A stretch of DNA of 64,000 nucleotides, taken from Nitrososphaeria archaeon (lineage in GTDB: Archaea; Thermoproteota; Nitrososphaeria; Geothermarchaeales; JDFR-13). The stretch lies in the NCBI GenBank assembly GCA_027078545.1, contig JALWXN010000004.1, positions 704,001-768,000 of the forward strand, written 5' to 3'. The position numbers and the translations under genes were made by a program. The notes under the pieces are model-generated. The model made no database searches, was not told the DNA's origin, and saw nothing but the letters and a program-made list of their open reading frames with translations. Below are positions 47,757 through 57,684 of this stretch, one piece after another. How positions within the stretch are numbered: position 1 is the first letter of the stretch; each line of letters starts with the position of its first letter.

Positions 47757-49306
47757 TACATCATCAGCCCGTCGACAAAGGTGGCTACCACCCTGGTATC
47801 GAGGATATCCCTACCGGATAGCCTCTCCACCTCCCTGTCGAGGAGGACTGCGTCGAACCTCTTACCCCTCTCCAGCGTCCCTATCAACTCCTCGTCATGG
47901 GAGAGTTTGGCCGCCTCCTCGGTATAGTATTTGAGGGCCTCAACCGTGCCTAGACACTCGTCAGGCGTGAGTAGCCCTAGTGGGACATTATCGCCACGTC
48001 CCCTCGTCACTGCCGCGTAGACCCCCATGACTGGGTCGGGTATCTCGACTGGGCAGTCGCTCCCGAAGCCCATTAGTACACCCCTCCTGGCCAGAGTGCC
48101 TAGTGGATATGTGTATCTGGCACGCCTCTCGCCGAGCCTATCCACCACCCATGTGTCTGATGTTATGAACTGGGGCTGGGTAGAGACCGCTATACCCAGA
48201 TCCACGATCTTATCAATCAGGTCGGGCCTAAGGACCGATGCGTGCTCGATCCTATCCCTCCTACGCCTAACCTCCTCACCGATCTCCTCCCCATATGCCT
48301 TGATAATGTTCTCGATAGCCGCGTCTCCGATGCCGTGGATAGCGAGTTGAAAACCGTGTGTAAACGATGCCTTTACCACCCTGCGTAGCTCTTCAAAGGG
48401 GACTATCAATACTCCCCTCGTGGACGGGTCGTCGCTATAGGGCTGGCTTAGGTAGGCGGTCCTCCCACCCAGACTGCCATCCGTGATTATCTTGATCCCC
48501 ATGAATCGGAGCCTCTCATCGCCATCACCCCTCCTAAAACCCTTCTCTACAAGCCAGTCCAGGTATCGATAGTCGAAGTAGACCCTAACCCTCATCCTGA
48601 GCCTACCCATCCGATTAAGCTTCTCAAGCACCATCAACTCCTCCGGCGTGGCCGATACGAGGTGGGCAGTAGTGACACCCCTGGAGAGCATGTCCTCAAT
48701 ACCAGCCTCAGCCGCCTTCATCAACATCTCCTCATCGGGCTGGGGGAGTATCTTCTCTATAAGCTCCATCGCCCGCTCCCTAAGTATCCCGGTAGGCTCA
48801 CCAGTCTCGTCCCTATCTATGGCTCCGCCCTCGGGGTCCGGGGTATCCCTATCTATCCCCGCCAGCTCAAGGGCCTTGCTGTTGGCCGCCGCTATGTGGC
48901 CACATACCCTCTTGATGTAGATAGGCACCTCTCTAGATACCTGGTCGAGGACGTCCCTAGTTGGGTACCTCCTCTCCACCATCTTGTCCTGGTCCCACCC
49001 CCTCCCCAGGAGCCAGCCCATGTATAGCCTGTCCAGCCCAGCCCTGAGCCTCTCTACTAGCTCATCTAGGCTCTCCACCCCTCGGAGATCGACGGTGAAT
49101 AGGCTTAGGCCATATCTCACAAGGTGGGTGTGGCAGTCTATGAAGCCTGGGTATAGGTGGCCCCCCTCAATATTGATGTACTCGTCGGCCTCAGGTAGGG
49201 GGCCCACGCCATAGTCCCTAACCACCCCATCCTCAACGAGTATCCACTCTGCCTTCTCGCCTCCAGGCCTGATGTGTATAACGCCTCCGTAGAAGACCCT
49301 CCTCAT
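47738..49306 (-). CDS. Amidohydrolase (YtcJ-like)
   Basis: PGFIDCHTH, DGSLGGRTA, HGIGD, RIEHAS, GSDCP. Confidence 0.92.
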   Translation of the reverse strand: MRRVFYGGVIHIRPGGEKAEWILVEDGVVRDYGVGPLPEADEYINIEGGHLYPGFIDCHTHLVRYGLSLFTVDLRGVESLDELVERLRAGLDRLYMGWLLGRGWDQDKMVERRYPTRDVLDQVSREVPIYIKRVCGHIAAANSKALELAGIDRDTPDPEGGAIDRDETGEPTGILRERAMELIEKILPQPDEEMLMKAAEAGIEDMLSRGVTTAHLVSATPEELMVLEKLNRMGRLRMRVRVYFDYRYLDWLVEKGFRRGDGDERLRFMGIKIITDGSLGGRTAYLSQPYSDDPSTRGVLIVPFEELRRVVKASFTHGFQLAIHGIGDAAIENIIKAYGEEIGEEVRRRRDRIEHASVLRPDLIDKIVDLGIAVSTQPQFITSDTWVVDRLGERRARYTYPLGTLARRGVLMGFGSDCPVEIPDPVMGVYAAVTRGRGDNVPLGLLTPDECLGTVEALKYYTEEAAKLSHDEELIGTLERGKRFDAVLLDREVERLSGRDILDTRVVATFVDGLMMYQRVGG

Positions 49307-49363
49307 GATACAGAGTATTCCCGGGGGAGACTCATATTTCGGAGGTGATGGGATATATTCACT

Positions 49364-50623
49364 ATGCGTTGTGAGCCGAACAACATCGATACAGAGCTCA
49401 GGGTGGTGGATGGGTCACTAGAATTATCGGGGAAGCCTGTAGAGAGCATCGTTGATGAGACTCCTACATACATCTACTCAATGGCTGTCTTGGAGAAGAA
49501 TGTCGAGGCCCTCCGGGAGATATGTATGGAGGCCGATGTAGAGCCTTTCTACGCCGTGAAGGCGATGTCACACCCAGCCATCCTCGAGAGGCTTGTGGAA
49601 CTAGGGATGGGGCTGGAGACCGTATCAATGGGAGAGGTGGAGAAGGCCCTAGCCACGGGAATAGATCCTAAGAGAATAATCTACAACGGGATCGGGAAGA
49701 ACAGATGGGTGGTTAAGAATCTACTCGATATGGGTATCGGGATAGTAAACCTGGACAGTGAGTATGAGTTCAGGGAGGTTGTGGAGCTGGGATCTGTCGA
49801 CTGGAGCAGGATAGGTGTCAGGCTCAACATGGATATTTCTAAGCAGGTCCTCGACACGGCATCGAGGACCTCCAAGTTCGGTGTAGAGCCAAAGATCCTC
49901 TACAGACTCCTAGAGAGGCATGGTGTCAAGGAGATCGGGATACATATCCATCTCGGAAGCCAGATAAGCGAGAGGAGCCTCCTTAGACGCTACATGGAGG
50001 CCATCGAGAGAGTCCTCAAAGGCCTCGAGTCACGGGGGGTCAGGCTAAGCTTCCTAGACATAGGGGGTGGGCTCCCCAAGAACTACCTGTGGAGCCCCGT
50101 CACCCTGCCTCATACCGGGCTGGACACCAAACTATTCTCACCAGAGATCTGTATGCATGCCTATAGAGGATTCCTCATGAGGATAAGGAGGCTGGTTGGG
50201 GAGGCCCCCCTCTACATAGAGCCTGGCAGATACGTGGTTGGTGACGCGGGTATCCTGGCCACGAGGGTGGTCGGGATGAAGGAGCGGCTCGACGGGACTA
50301 GGTGGCTCATACTCGACGCTGGCTTCACCCACCTCCTCAGCGGGGCGCTCTATAAATGGTACTTCCCACTGGTGAACGCCACTAGGATAGGGGATCCTCA
50401 CGACACACCCTATAGGGTCTCCGGGCCGCTATGCGACTCTGACGACGTCTTCCATGACTATGAGGGTGAGAAGATGGGTAGGCCTAGGCTACCAAGGTAT
50501 AGATACCTGCCTGGAGAAACATCGGTGGGCGACCTACTCGTATTCCTCCATGTGGGGGCGTATAACTATGAGGAGGCCTCTGAGTACAACTCCATACCAA
50601 GGCCTAGGGCCGTCTTCGTCTAG
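49364..50623 (+). CDS. lysA: Diaminopimelate decarboxylase-like fold-III PLP decarboxylase
   Basis: YAVKA, SKFG, HIHLGSQ, DIGGG, EPGR, GPLCDSDD, GAY. Confidence 0.8.
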   Translation: MRCEPNNIDTELRVVDGSLELSGKPVESIVDETPTYIYSMAVLEKNVEALREICMEADVEPFYAVKAMSHPAILERLVELGMGLETVSMGEVEKALATGIDPKRIIYNGIGKNRWVVKNLLDMGIGIVNLDSEYEFREVVELGSVDWSRIGVRLNMDISKQVLDTASRTSKFGVEPKILYRLLERHGVKEIGIHIHLGSQISERSLLRRYMEAIERVLKGLESRGVRLSFLDIGGGLPKNYLWSPVTLPHTGLDTKLFSPEICMHAYRGFLMRIRRLVGEAPLYIEPGRYVVGDAGILATRVVGMKERLDGTRWLILDAGFTHLLSGALYKWYFPLVNATRIGDPHDTPYRVSGPLCDSDDVFHDYEGEKMGRPRLPRYRYLPGETSVGDLLVFLHVGAYNYEEASEYNSIPRPRAVFV

Positions 50624-51336
50624 ACTATTCCGAGGTACATCTTACCGAAGTCTGGATGGTTCAACAGCTCCTTGGCGTCACCCTCATACCTGACGCTCCC
50701 AGAGACTAGGAGGTAGGCCTTCTCAGCTATCTCTAGGGCCAGCTTTACGATCTGCTCAACAATCACGATAGTTACACCGAGCTCATCCCTAAGCCTCTTA
50801 ACCTCACTGACCACCTTCCTAGCCAGTATTGGAGCTAGGTTGGCGCTGGGCTCGTCGAAGAGCATGACGTCCGGGTCCCTTATCAGGGCCATCCCCATAG
50901 CGACCATCTGCCTCTCCCCACCGCTTAGCCTACCCACCTTTCTATCGAGGTAGTCCTTCAGGACTGGGAAGAACTCGAGGACCCACTCCATCCTCTCCTC
51001 GATCTCGTCGGGTGGGAGTGTATAGCCCGCCAGCCTAAGGTTCTCCCTCACGGTGAGTGTTGTGAAGACGTTGCCGACCTGTGGGAGGTAGGCTATCCCC
51101 TGCTTAGATACGTAGTGTGGAGGCTTCCCAGTTATGTCGCGGCCCTTGTAGAGGATCTTCCCGTTATAGACATTGGTGAAGCCCATGATCGTCTTGAGCA
51201 GTGTAGACTTCCCACTACCATTGGGGCCGACGATAGCCGTTATACCCTTCTCCTCGAAGGTGGCGTTGACCCCAAAGAGTATCTGGAGCTTCCCATAGCC
51301 AGCATCCACATTCCTGACCTCGAGTATACTGCTCAA
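50620..51336 (-). CDS. livF: Branched-chain amino acid ABC transporter ATPase
   Basis: AGYG, GPNGSGKST, LSGGERQM, DEPSANLAP, VEQ. Confidence 0.9.
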   Translation of the reverse strand: MSSILEVRNVDAGYGKLQILFGVNATFEEKGITAIVGPNGSGKSTLLKTIMGFTNVYNGKILYKGRDITGKPPHYVSKQGIAYLPQVGNVFTTLTVRENLRLAGYTLPPDEIEERMEWVLEFFPVLKDYLDRKVGRLSGGERQMVAMGMALIRDPDVMLFDEPSANLAPILARKVVSEVKRLRDELGVTIVIVEQIVKLALEIAEKAYLLVSGSVRYEGDAKELLNHPDFGKMYLGIV

Positions 51337-51438
51337 GCCGGACCCCTCAAAACAATATGCTTATCCCCCATCAGTATATATTCTCTAGATTGGGGAGATA
51401 CACATAGTTTTTTAGGGGTCTAAATACAATCTATTTTC

Positions 51439-53394
51439 ATGTCCCATGTTAGGCTGTACAGCCTCATACTCCTAATCCTCCTCGCCTCGCCACTGGTATC
51501 AGTCTCAGAGGCCGCGAGGCCAGCCGTCCCCGAGCCCGAGGGCTCACTGATCCTATGGATGGAGACAAATGTCTCTGAGTACCCCCTCGTGATTAGGGAT
51601 CCTGGTTCAACCATCAGGCTTAGGCCGGATGCACACCACAACATCACTGTATACGCATTGGGCTATATCCAGGAGGTTGTGAATCTCTTCCAGCCGGATC
51701 CTGGGGACACGTTGTCGGTTAGCCTATCACCTGCGGAGCTCCTAGTGATAGACGTGTTTGGGAGCAGTGTACCCGACCTCTCCGGAGCCTATGTAGATAT
51801 AAGGGGTGAGGAGGGGAGGATAACGACCATAACATCGAGGTCGGGGAAGGCATATGTATACAACATATTCGAGCCGGGGCAGAGGCTGAGGATACATATT
51901 AACCCACCACTGGAGGGGGAGCTGTTGAAAGCCCTGCTGGAGGCTGGTGAGTATGAACCTAGCCTCAGGTCTAGGTGGATGGAGTACATCTCCTACGAGA
52001 GCCTCTCACCCATATATCCCGAGCCGATCCATACATCGCCTCTGGAGGCCGATAGGGACATCTATATACTGGGTTCTGACCCGGTGCAGACACGCACGGT
52101 ATACCTCTCCAGGTCCCCACTCCTAGCCGGGTATGTCAAGACTGTATCTGGGGATCCGCTTCCCGGTGCGATTGTCGCTGTTAAGCCGGACAGGTTCGGT
52201 AGGTACATATATACGGTGGCGGATGACGAGGGGCGGTACGAGTTCGTGGATATAACTAAGCGTGGCCTAAACAGGTATGGAGTAATATATAGGGGCCTGA
52301 TGTTCCCAACATCCTCGGTATACACCACACTTGATAGGGACAACTTCAACATAACTGTGCCGGACATCTATGAGGTTAGGGGCGTGGTCACGGATCTCAA
52401 TGGTAGGCCGATACCTAACGTCAGGATAATATCATCCGATGTAGACTTCCTAAGCATCACATATAGCAACGAAGATGGGGAGTACGTGATGTACCTACCC
52501 GTTGGGAAGGGTAGCTATATACTCGGCTTCTCACTGGGCGACGTCGCATTCCCAAACATCGTGCTTAACGAGGCCGATATAGCAGACGGCGTGGAGAACC
52601 TAGTCCTAGAAGCGGAGATGATCAGTCTGAGCGGCGTTATACAGGACCCCGACGGATTCGTGGAGACACCCATAGTCAGGCTCTTCGGGAGGGCAGACGT
52701 AGTCAACAGGTTCTACAGGATAGACATAACCGTTGGTGAGGACGGCTCCTTCACGGCCCTGGTCCCCAAGAGGATCAAGATAGCTGGTGAGTATAGAGAT
52801 GTCTACTGGTCGGTTCAGACGGTTAGCTACTACTACGCCGGCCAGCTATCAACGCCTGAGAACTACTACTCGGTGGACACTGATCTAGGTGTCTTCACCG
52901 TCTCCCCGGCGGCCACGGTGGAGGTCTCACTAAGCATAACGACGACGGGTTCGCCGCCCTCTAGGCCGGTTGAGACATATGTGTTGGGGGCGTGGTACAA
53001 CGATACCTTCTTCAGGATCGGTGTTGAGACAGATGCATTCATATTCGGATTCACCGTTGGGAGCTTCGTGGTTGATGGTGGGGAGGGTGTCTTCACAATA
53101 CGTCTAGCAGCCCCCTATGGCGAGACGGCGATAGTCAGGGTCACGATACCCAAGGAGATCATGTCGACCTCGGTCTCGGTCGATGACGATGGCTCCCCAC
53201 TGAGCTTCAACATCGTCTCGGAAAACGCTACACACTATACTGTGGAGTTCACGATAAGTGGTGAGGCGTTGATAAACATACGCTCCGCAGAGGTTATACC
53301 GGAGTTCGGCCTGTCATACCTACTCCCATTGATAGCCGTTCCAACCGTTTTACTTATCCACCTCCTGAGGAGAAGGTATAAAGTGGAAGCCTGA
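51439..53394 (+). CDS. Surface protein with carboxypeptidase-regulatory-like repeats and PEFG-CTERM sorting signal
   Basis: Signal peptide, repeated G.V.D..G.P.P / DG.Y beta-sandwich motifs, C-terminal VIPEFG-TM-RRR. Confidence 0.8.
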   Translation: MSHVRLYSLILLILLASPLVSVSEAARPAVPEPEGSLILWMETNVSEYPLVIRDPGSTIRLRPDAHHNITVYALGYIQEVVNLFQPDPGDTLSVSLSPAELLVIDVFGSSVPDLSGAYVDIRGEEGRITTITSRSGKAYVYNIFEPGQRLRIHINPPLEGELLKALLEAGEYEPSLRSRWMEYISYESLSPIYPEPIHTSPLEADRDIYILGSDPVQTRTVYLSRSPLLAGYVKTVSGDPLPGAIVAVKPDRFGRYIYTVADDEGRYEFVDITKRGLNRYGVIYRGLMFPTSSVYTTLDRDNFNITVPDIYEVRGVVTDLNGRPIPNVRIISSDVDFLSITYSNEDGEYVMYLPVGKGSYILGFSLGDVAFPNIVLNEADIADGVENLVLEAEMISLSGVIQDPDGFVETPIVRLFGRADVVNRFYRIDITVGEDGSFTALVPKRIKIAGEYRDVYWSVQTVSYYYAGQLSTPENYYSVDTDLGVFTVSPAATVEVSLSITTTGSPPSRPVETYVLGAWYNDTFFRIGVETDAFIFGFTVGSFVVDGGEGVFTIRLAAPYGETAIVRVTIPKEIMSTSVSVDDDGSPLSFNIVSENATHYTVEFTISGEALINIRSAEVIPEFGLSYLLPLIAVPTVLLIHLLRRRYKVEA

Positions 53395-54548
53395 TGAGCC
53401 TCTCCATAGCAGTCGTAACCGAGACCTTCCACCCATTCAAGGGGGGCTCTGCAAAGAGGTATCTCGAGGTATTTAGACGCCTCGCGAGGAGGGGCTGGGA
53501 CATAGACATATACACCGTGAGGCTAGACCCGTCCTGGCCGGCGGAGGAGGAGTATGAGGGGCTGAGAATAATAAGGAGCAGCCTACCAATACCCGAGTAC
53601 ATAACTCCAGACGGTTTCAGGAGCATGTCCGGGATCTATAAATACCTCTCATGGCTCATGAGGAGCGTGGATCTACGGGGCTACGACGTAATAGAGGCGA
53701 ACCACTGCCCAATATTCCCAGTATTCGCCTCATGGCTCAAGAGGAGGAGCCGTGCACCACTAGTCTCCACGGTCCACGAGGTCTGGCACAGCGACTGGTA
53801 TAGATACGCCCCCACCACGCTTCACGTCCCACTAGGCATCCTGCTCGAGAAGGCTATGATGCACCTGCCTGATAGGATCATATCGGTGAGCAGCTTCACC
53901 ACGGATAGGCTTACAAGGATACTAGGCGTATCTCCAAGCCTGATAACCACGATACCCAACGGTGTAGACCTGGACCTCTACCGTGGGATAGATGTGGAGA
54001 AGGAGTATGGGAGGATAGTCTATGGCGGGAGGCTAAACCCACATAAGAGGCTGGACATACTGCTCAGGAGCTTCGAGGAGCTCCACCGGAGCCTAGACGT
54101 CAAGCTAGACATCTTTGGAGACGGCCCTATGAAACAGTATGTCAAGAGCTTCATATCGAGGAACGGGTTCTCGAGGAGCGTCACCCTACATGGAAGGGTG
54201 GACGACCATAGATTCGCATACCTGATGAAGAGGGGCTATATATATACCCTCCCATCGATAAGGGAGGGGCAGAGCATAACAACGCTAGAAGCTATGGCCG
54301 CAGGCACTCCACAGGTCACGGTCTACAGCGACAACAACGCAGCCTACAAACTAGTCCTAGAGGCAGGGAGTGGACTAGTCACCAGGCCGGAGCCGAGAGA
54401 ATACGCAAGAGCTATTAAAAAACTTCTTGTTGAGAAGGATGTATGGATGGAGTACTCCTTAAATGGATCCAGTTATGTGAAAAGCTTTGATTGGGACGTC
54501 ATATCTCAAAAGCATAAAATTGTATATGAGAAATTGTCAAAAAGATGA
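53394..54548 (+). CDS. GT4 family glycosyltransferase
   Basis: GGS..R, IPNGVD, GRLNPHK, PSIREG...LEAMAAG. Confidence 0.92.
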   Translation: MSLSIAVVTETFHPFKGGSAKRYLEVFRRLARRGWDIDIYTVRLDPSWPAEEEYEGLRIIRSSLPIPEYITPDGFRSMSGIYKYLSWLMRSVDLRGYDVIEANHCPIFPVFASWLKRRSRAPLVSTVHEVWHSDWYRYAPTTLHVPLGILLEKAMMHLPDRIISVSSFTTDRLTRILGVSPSLITTIPNGVDLDLYRGIDVEKEYGRIVYGGRLNPHKRLDILLRSFEELHRSLDVKLDIFGDGPMKQYVKSFISRNGFSRSVTLHGRVDDHRFAYLMKRGYIYTLPSIREGQSITTLEAMAAGTPQVTVYSDNNAAYKLVLEAGSGLVTRPEPREYARAIKKLLVEKDVWMEYSLNGSSYVKSFDWDVISQKHKIVYEKLSKR

Positions 54549-54652
54549 AGACATTTGTCTAAAAACCTAAATTTTCTTTACCATTAAACTTTTGTTTTTT
54601 CTGAAAATATATATTCCTCAAAATAAGGGTTCAAAACACGGGATTTAGCGAA

Positions 54653-56902
54653 ATGAATTTGAAACTTACTAAAGTTATGTTGCTATTAGTACTGTTGCTT
54701 CTTTTACAGATAGAGACTGACTACACCGCTGCTCAGAGTATCATAGTTCCAATTGATTACCCAGATCTTCAAACTGCCATAAACAATGCGTTACCGGGCA
54801 CATCGATTTATGTCGATACTGATCTGACCATCAGTTCTCCAATCACTATTATCGGTAAGGATAACTTGTACATAGTCCTCAGATACGGTTCCAAAATAAT
54901 TGCAGATTCGGGCTTCGTAGGTCAAGAAATAGTTTTGATCGACAGAAGTAGCAAAATCATTCTTACTGACTTCACTATATCCTATGAAGGGAGTTCCGCC
55001 TTACCGGCACTAGATTTCCTAAGAATAAAATCTTCCAACAACATTGCTGTGAAAAATCTTTCTGTATCCATAGATACAAATACCCATCCTGTTGCCCTGA
55101 GATTTATCAGTATCGATGACGGTTCGATAAATATAACGATAACAAACGTCACTGGTGTTGACATGGCTCTAACATCCTTAAGTGTAGTAGGCGTCTTTGC
55201 CAATATCCAGTTCATGAGTGGTGGCTATATTACAATGGATAGTCTGCTTTTCGAAGATATAGCCCTCGGATCTCCTGGTAGCTTTGAAGGAGTAAAAATA
55301 GAGCTCATGCGGGTCACCGGACTGGACATTAAGGTATCAAACGTGGCTGTTAAAAGGGTGTATTCTACATGGGTTCAAGGAATAAACAGCACGTATCTAA
55401 GGCAAGTGAGAAACATTGAGACACAGTATACCAATGTAACACTAACAAACATTGTCGGCTCAGGAGGGGGTATATCATTCAGAGGATTGACCTTTAGCCG
55501 TTTTACAGTACCTGTCATACTTGACTCCATAGTTACAATTCGAAACTTAATGCTATCTTCATGGATAGAGCCTAACATGCCTATGCCTTACAAGTTTGAT
55601 GGGGTGATCATAGAGGCACCATACTTCTACAACTTGACGGTAAAGATCGATGAAGTAACAATCAAGGATATCAATAGTCCAGATATATTGTCAGGGCTCT
55701 ATACTGGAGAAGCACATGGAATACATATAGACGTTAGCTACTTTATATTGGAAGCATTTGGATTGCCCACTTATGACATTAAAATCGATATTGACAGGGT
55801 ATCGATATCACGTCTATACTCATGGGGAACAATAGGTATATTTAGTGATTTCGAAGGGTTCTACATGTCTAGGATTAGATACACCATCAACAATGTAAAT
55901 ATTACTGACGTAGGGATATATGACTTTGGCATAATCGGATACGGCAAGGTTCTCAGGGCTAACTCTCTTTTCGATTACCGGGTATGGATAGAGGAATTCT
56001 TTTTTAACGACAGGGAGGGCATTGGTGCGGGTATTTGGCTCCGCAGAGCAGATGATATACATCCAATAAATACACCCAGAAATCTAAATGAGTTGAGGCA
56101 GAGTGAGGATCTGTACTTTGCATACAGCATATTATGGCGTGTATATGCGGCCAGCGCATGGACGAATTCCATGACACTTTTCGAGACTGTTGTTGACGAA
56201 CTTAACTCACGTATTGCACTTTTGATGCGCGTTAGAAACGTCTGGACACTGGAAACTTTCGTCTATAGTAGTATAACATCACTACCAATACCAGGCGTCT
56301 ACGTAGAGTATCTCTACCCAACTCCCAGCCAGTACTCCTTCGGATTTACCGATTCATCTGGGCGTTACGCATATATTATGGATTACTACATGACCAACCC
56401 ACCCATCGTCCAGGTGGGCCTGATACAGGTGGCCGTCTCCTCTGGGTACTTCTCATCATCCGTCATGCTACCCAGCTATATAAGTGTGACGGAGGGCCTC
56501 CCACTCTCAGAGTCTTACTATACCCTGCCGGCATGGTTCGGTGAGGTGGTGTTCACCATCCCACTTGTCTCCCTAAGGGCTATGGGCTTCAGCCATGACA
56601 TGGGGACGACATACCTATTCATCGCTGGGACGGTAGGCTGGTTCGCTGGCTACTACAGCTATACTCCTGACGAGCTTTGGAATGGAGACATAGCAACTCC
56701 CGGCACCAACAATACATGGGTGAAGAGCCCCTACAGGAATTATCAGCTCCGAGGTCTGAGGGTCTCATGGACAGGCTCGGTCATCCAGATACGTGGAGAG
56801 ATATTCTACGATGGGTACTGGCAACCAGTAACAATATACGTAGATCCGGAGAGGAGGGTTGTCTGGAGCCCAGGACCTGTGGACTTCAGGGGCTGGTTCT
56901 AG
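54653..56902 (+). CDS. Secreted parallel beta-helix (pectin-lyase/NosD-like) surface protein
   Basis: Signal peptide, IIVPIDYPDLQTAIN cap motif, repeated I.I.NV.I rungs; N-terminal part AT-rich. Confidence 0.65.
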   Translation: MNLKLTKVMLLLVLLLLLQIETDYTAAQSIIVPIDYPDLQTAINNALPGTSIYVDTDLTISSPITIIGKDNLYIVLRYGSKIIADSGFVGQEIVLIDRSSKIILTDFTISYEGSSALPALDFLRIKSSNNIAVKNLSVSIDTNTHPVALRFISIDDGSINITITNVTGVDMALTSLSVVGVFANIQFMSGGYITMDSLLFEDIALGSPGSFEGVKIELMRVTGLDIKVSNVAVKRVYSTWVQGINSTYLRQVRNIETQYTNVTLTNIVGSGGGISFRGLTFSRFTVPVILDSIVTIRNLMLSSWIEPNMPMPYKFDGVIIEAPYFYNLTVKIDEVTIKDINSPDILSGLYTGEAHGIHIDVSYFILEAFGLPTYDIKIDIDRVSISRLYSWGTIGIFSDFEGFYMSRIRYTINNVNITDVGIYDFGIIGYGKVLRANSLFDYRVWIEEFFFNDREGIGAGIWLRRADDIHPINTPRNLNELRQSEDLYFAYSILWRVYAASAWTNSMTLFETVVDELNSRIALLMRVRNVWTLETFVYSSITSLPIPGVYVEYLYPTPSQYSFGFTDSSGRYAYIMDYYMTNPPIVQVGLIQVAVSSGYFSSSVMLPSYISVTEGLPLSESYYTLPAWFGEVVFTIPLVSLRAMGFSHDMGTTYLFIAGTVGWFAGYYSYTPDELWNGDIATPGTNNTWVKSPYRNYQLRGLRVSWTGSVIQIRGEIFYDGYWQPVTIYVDPERRVVWSPGPVDFRGWF

Positions 56903-57004
56903 CCCCATACCCCCACCCTTTATACCGGCCCGGGGCATAGGTATCCCCCCGAGAAGGATGAATAGACCACTGGGTTTGAGATAATCTGCCTGTCCCCTAG
57001 AATC

Positions 57005-57028
57005 TACATACACTTATAAGTGCATGTA
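57005..57028. promoter_or_regulatory. Palindromic operator overlapping the vapBC TATA box
   Basis: TACATACACTTATAAGTGCATGTA with perfect core CACTTATAAGTG, about 25-45 nt upstream of the vapB ATG. Confidence 0.6.
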
Positions 57029-57052
57029 TACATTTACATGTTGGTGTAGTGG

Positions 57053-57280
57053 ATGGGGGTGAAGACGATAACCATATCGCTCGAGGCGTATAAAGCCTTG
57101 CTACGCCTCAAGAAGCCCGGGGAGAGCTTCTCAGACGTGATACTGAAACTTGTTAGGAAGCATCGCAGCATAAAGGAGCTGGCAGGAGCGTGGAGCGATG
57201 TGGATGACGTGGAGATCAATGAGATCATGCTGGGGATTAGGGAGGCCTGGTCTAGGTGGGGTATGAGGGAGGCAAGGTAG
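57053..57280 (+). CDS. vapB: VapB-type antitoxin (DUF217-like)
   Basis: KTITIS.EAY..L...K..GESFSDVI..L; AGAW. Confidence 0.88.
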   Translation: MGVKTITISLEAYKALLRLKKPGESFSDVILKLVRKHRSIKELAGAWSDVDDVEINEIMLGIREAWSRWGMREAR

Positions 57281-57666
57281 TTGTAGACACGGATGTACTG
57301 ATCGATTATCTAAGGGGGAGGAGGCCGGCCGTCGACGAGTTAGTGAGGATGATGGATCAGGGAGTTGTACTGGCTACGACGGTCGTCAACATATTTGAAC
57401 TCTCCTGGGGAGCCTATAGACTCGGCAGGACGAGGGAGGTTGAGGATCTGGTTGAGGCCTTGACAATCCTAGACCTAACAGTAAGGGAGGCTGTAAAGGC
57501 GGGTGAGGAGATAGCCCATCTCACATCGATAGGCCAGATAATAGAGATACGAGACCTACTGATAGGCGTCATGGCGAGGGAGAACGGCTATGCAGTCTAC
57601 ACGGGCAATACAAAGCATTTCGGGATGATAAGGGGCTTAAGAGTGATCCCATATAGACGTGGATAA
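57256..57666 (+). CDS. vapC: VapC PIN-domain toxin
   Basis: VDTDVLIDYL, FEL, RDLLIG, T.N.KHF; overlaps the antitoxin. Confidence 0.9.
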   Translation: MGYEGGKVVVDTDVLIDYLRGRRPAVDELVRMMDQGVVLATTVVNIFELSWGAYRLGRTREVEDLVEALTILDLTVREAVKAGEEIAHLTSIGQIIEIRDLLIGVMARENGYAVYTGNTKHFGMIRGLRVIPYRRG

Positions 57667-57684
57667 CCCCTGTCAGGCAGCCCC

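Noticed and set aside
56950-57002. Possible third C/D sRNA (AGGATGA...TTGA...)
   Set aside because: No convincing C' or D box and no guide I can match to rRNA or tRNA; worth including in a snoscan run only
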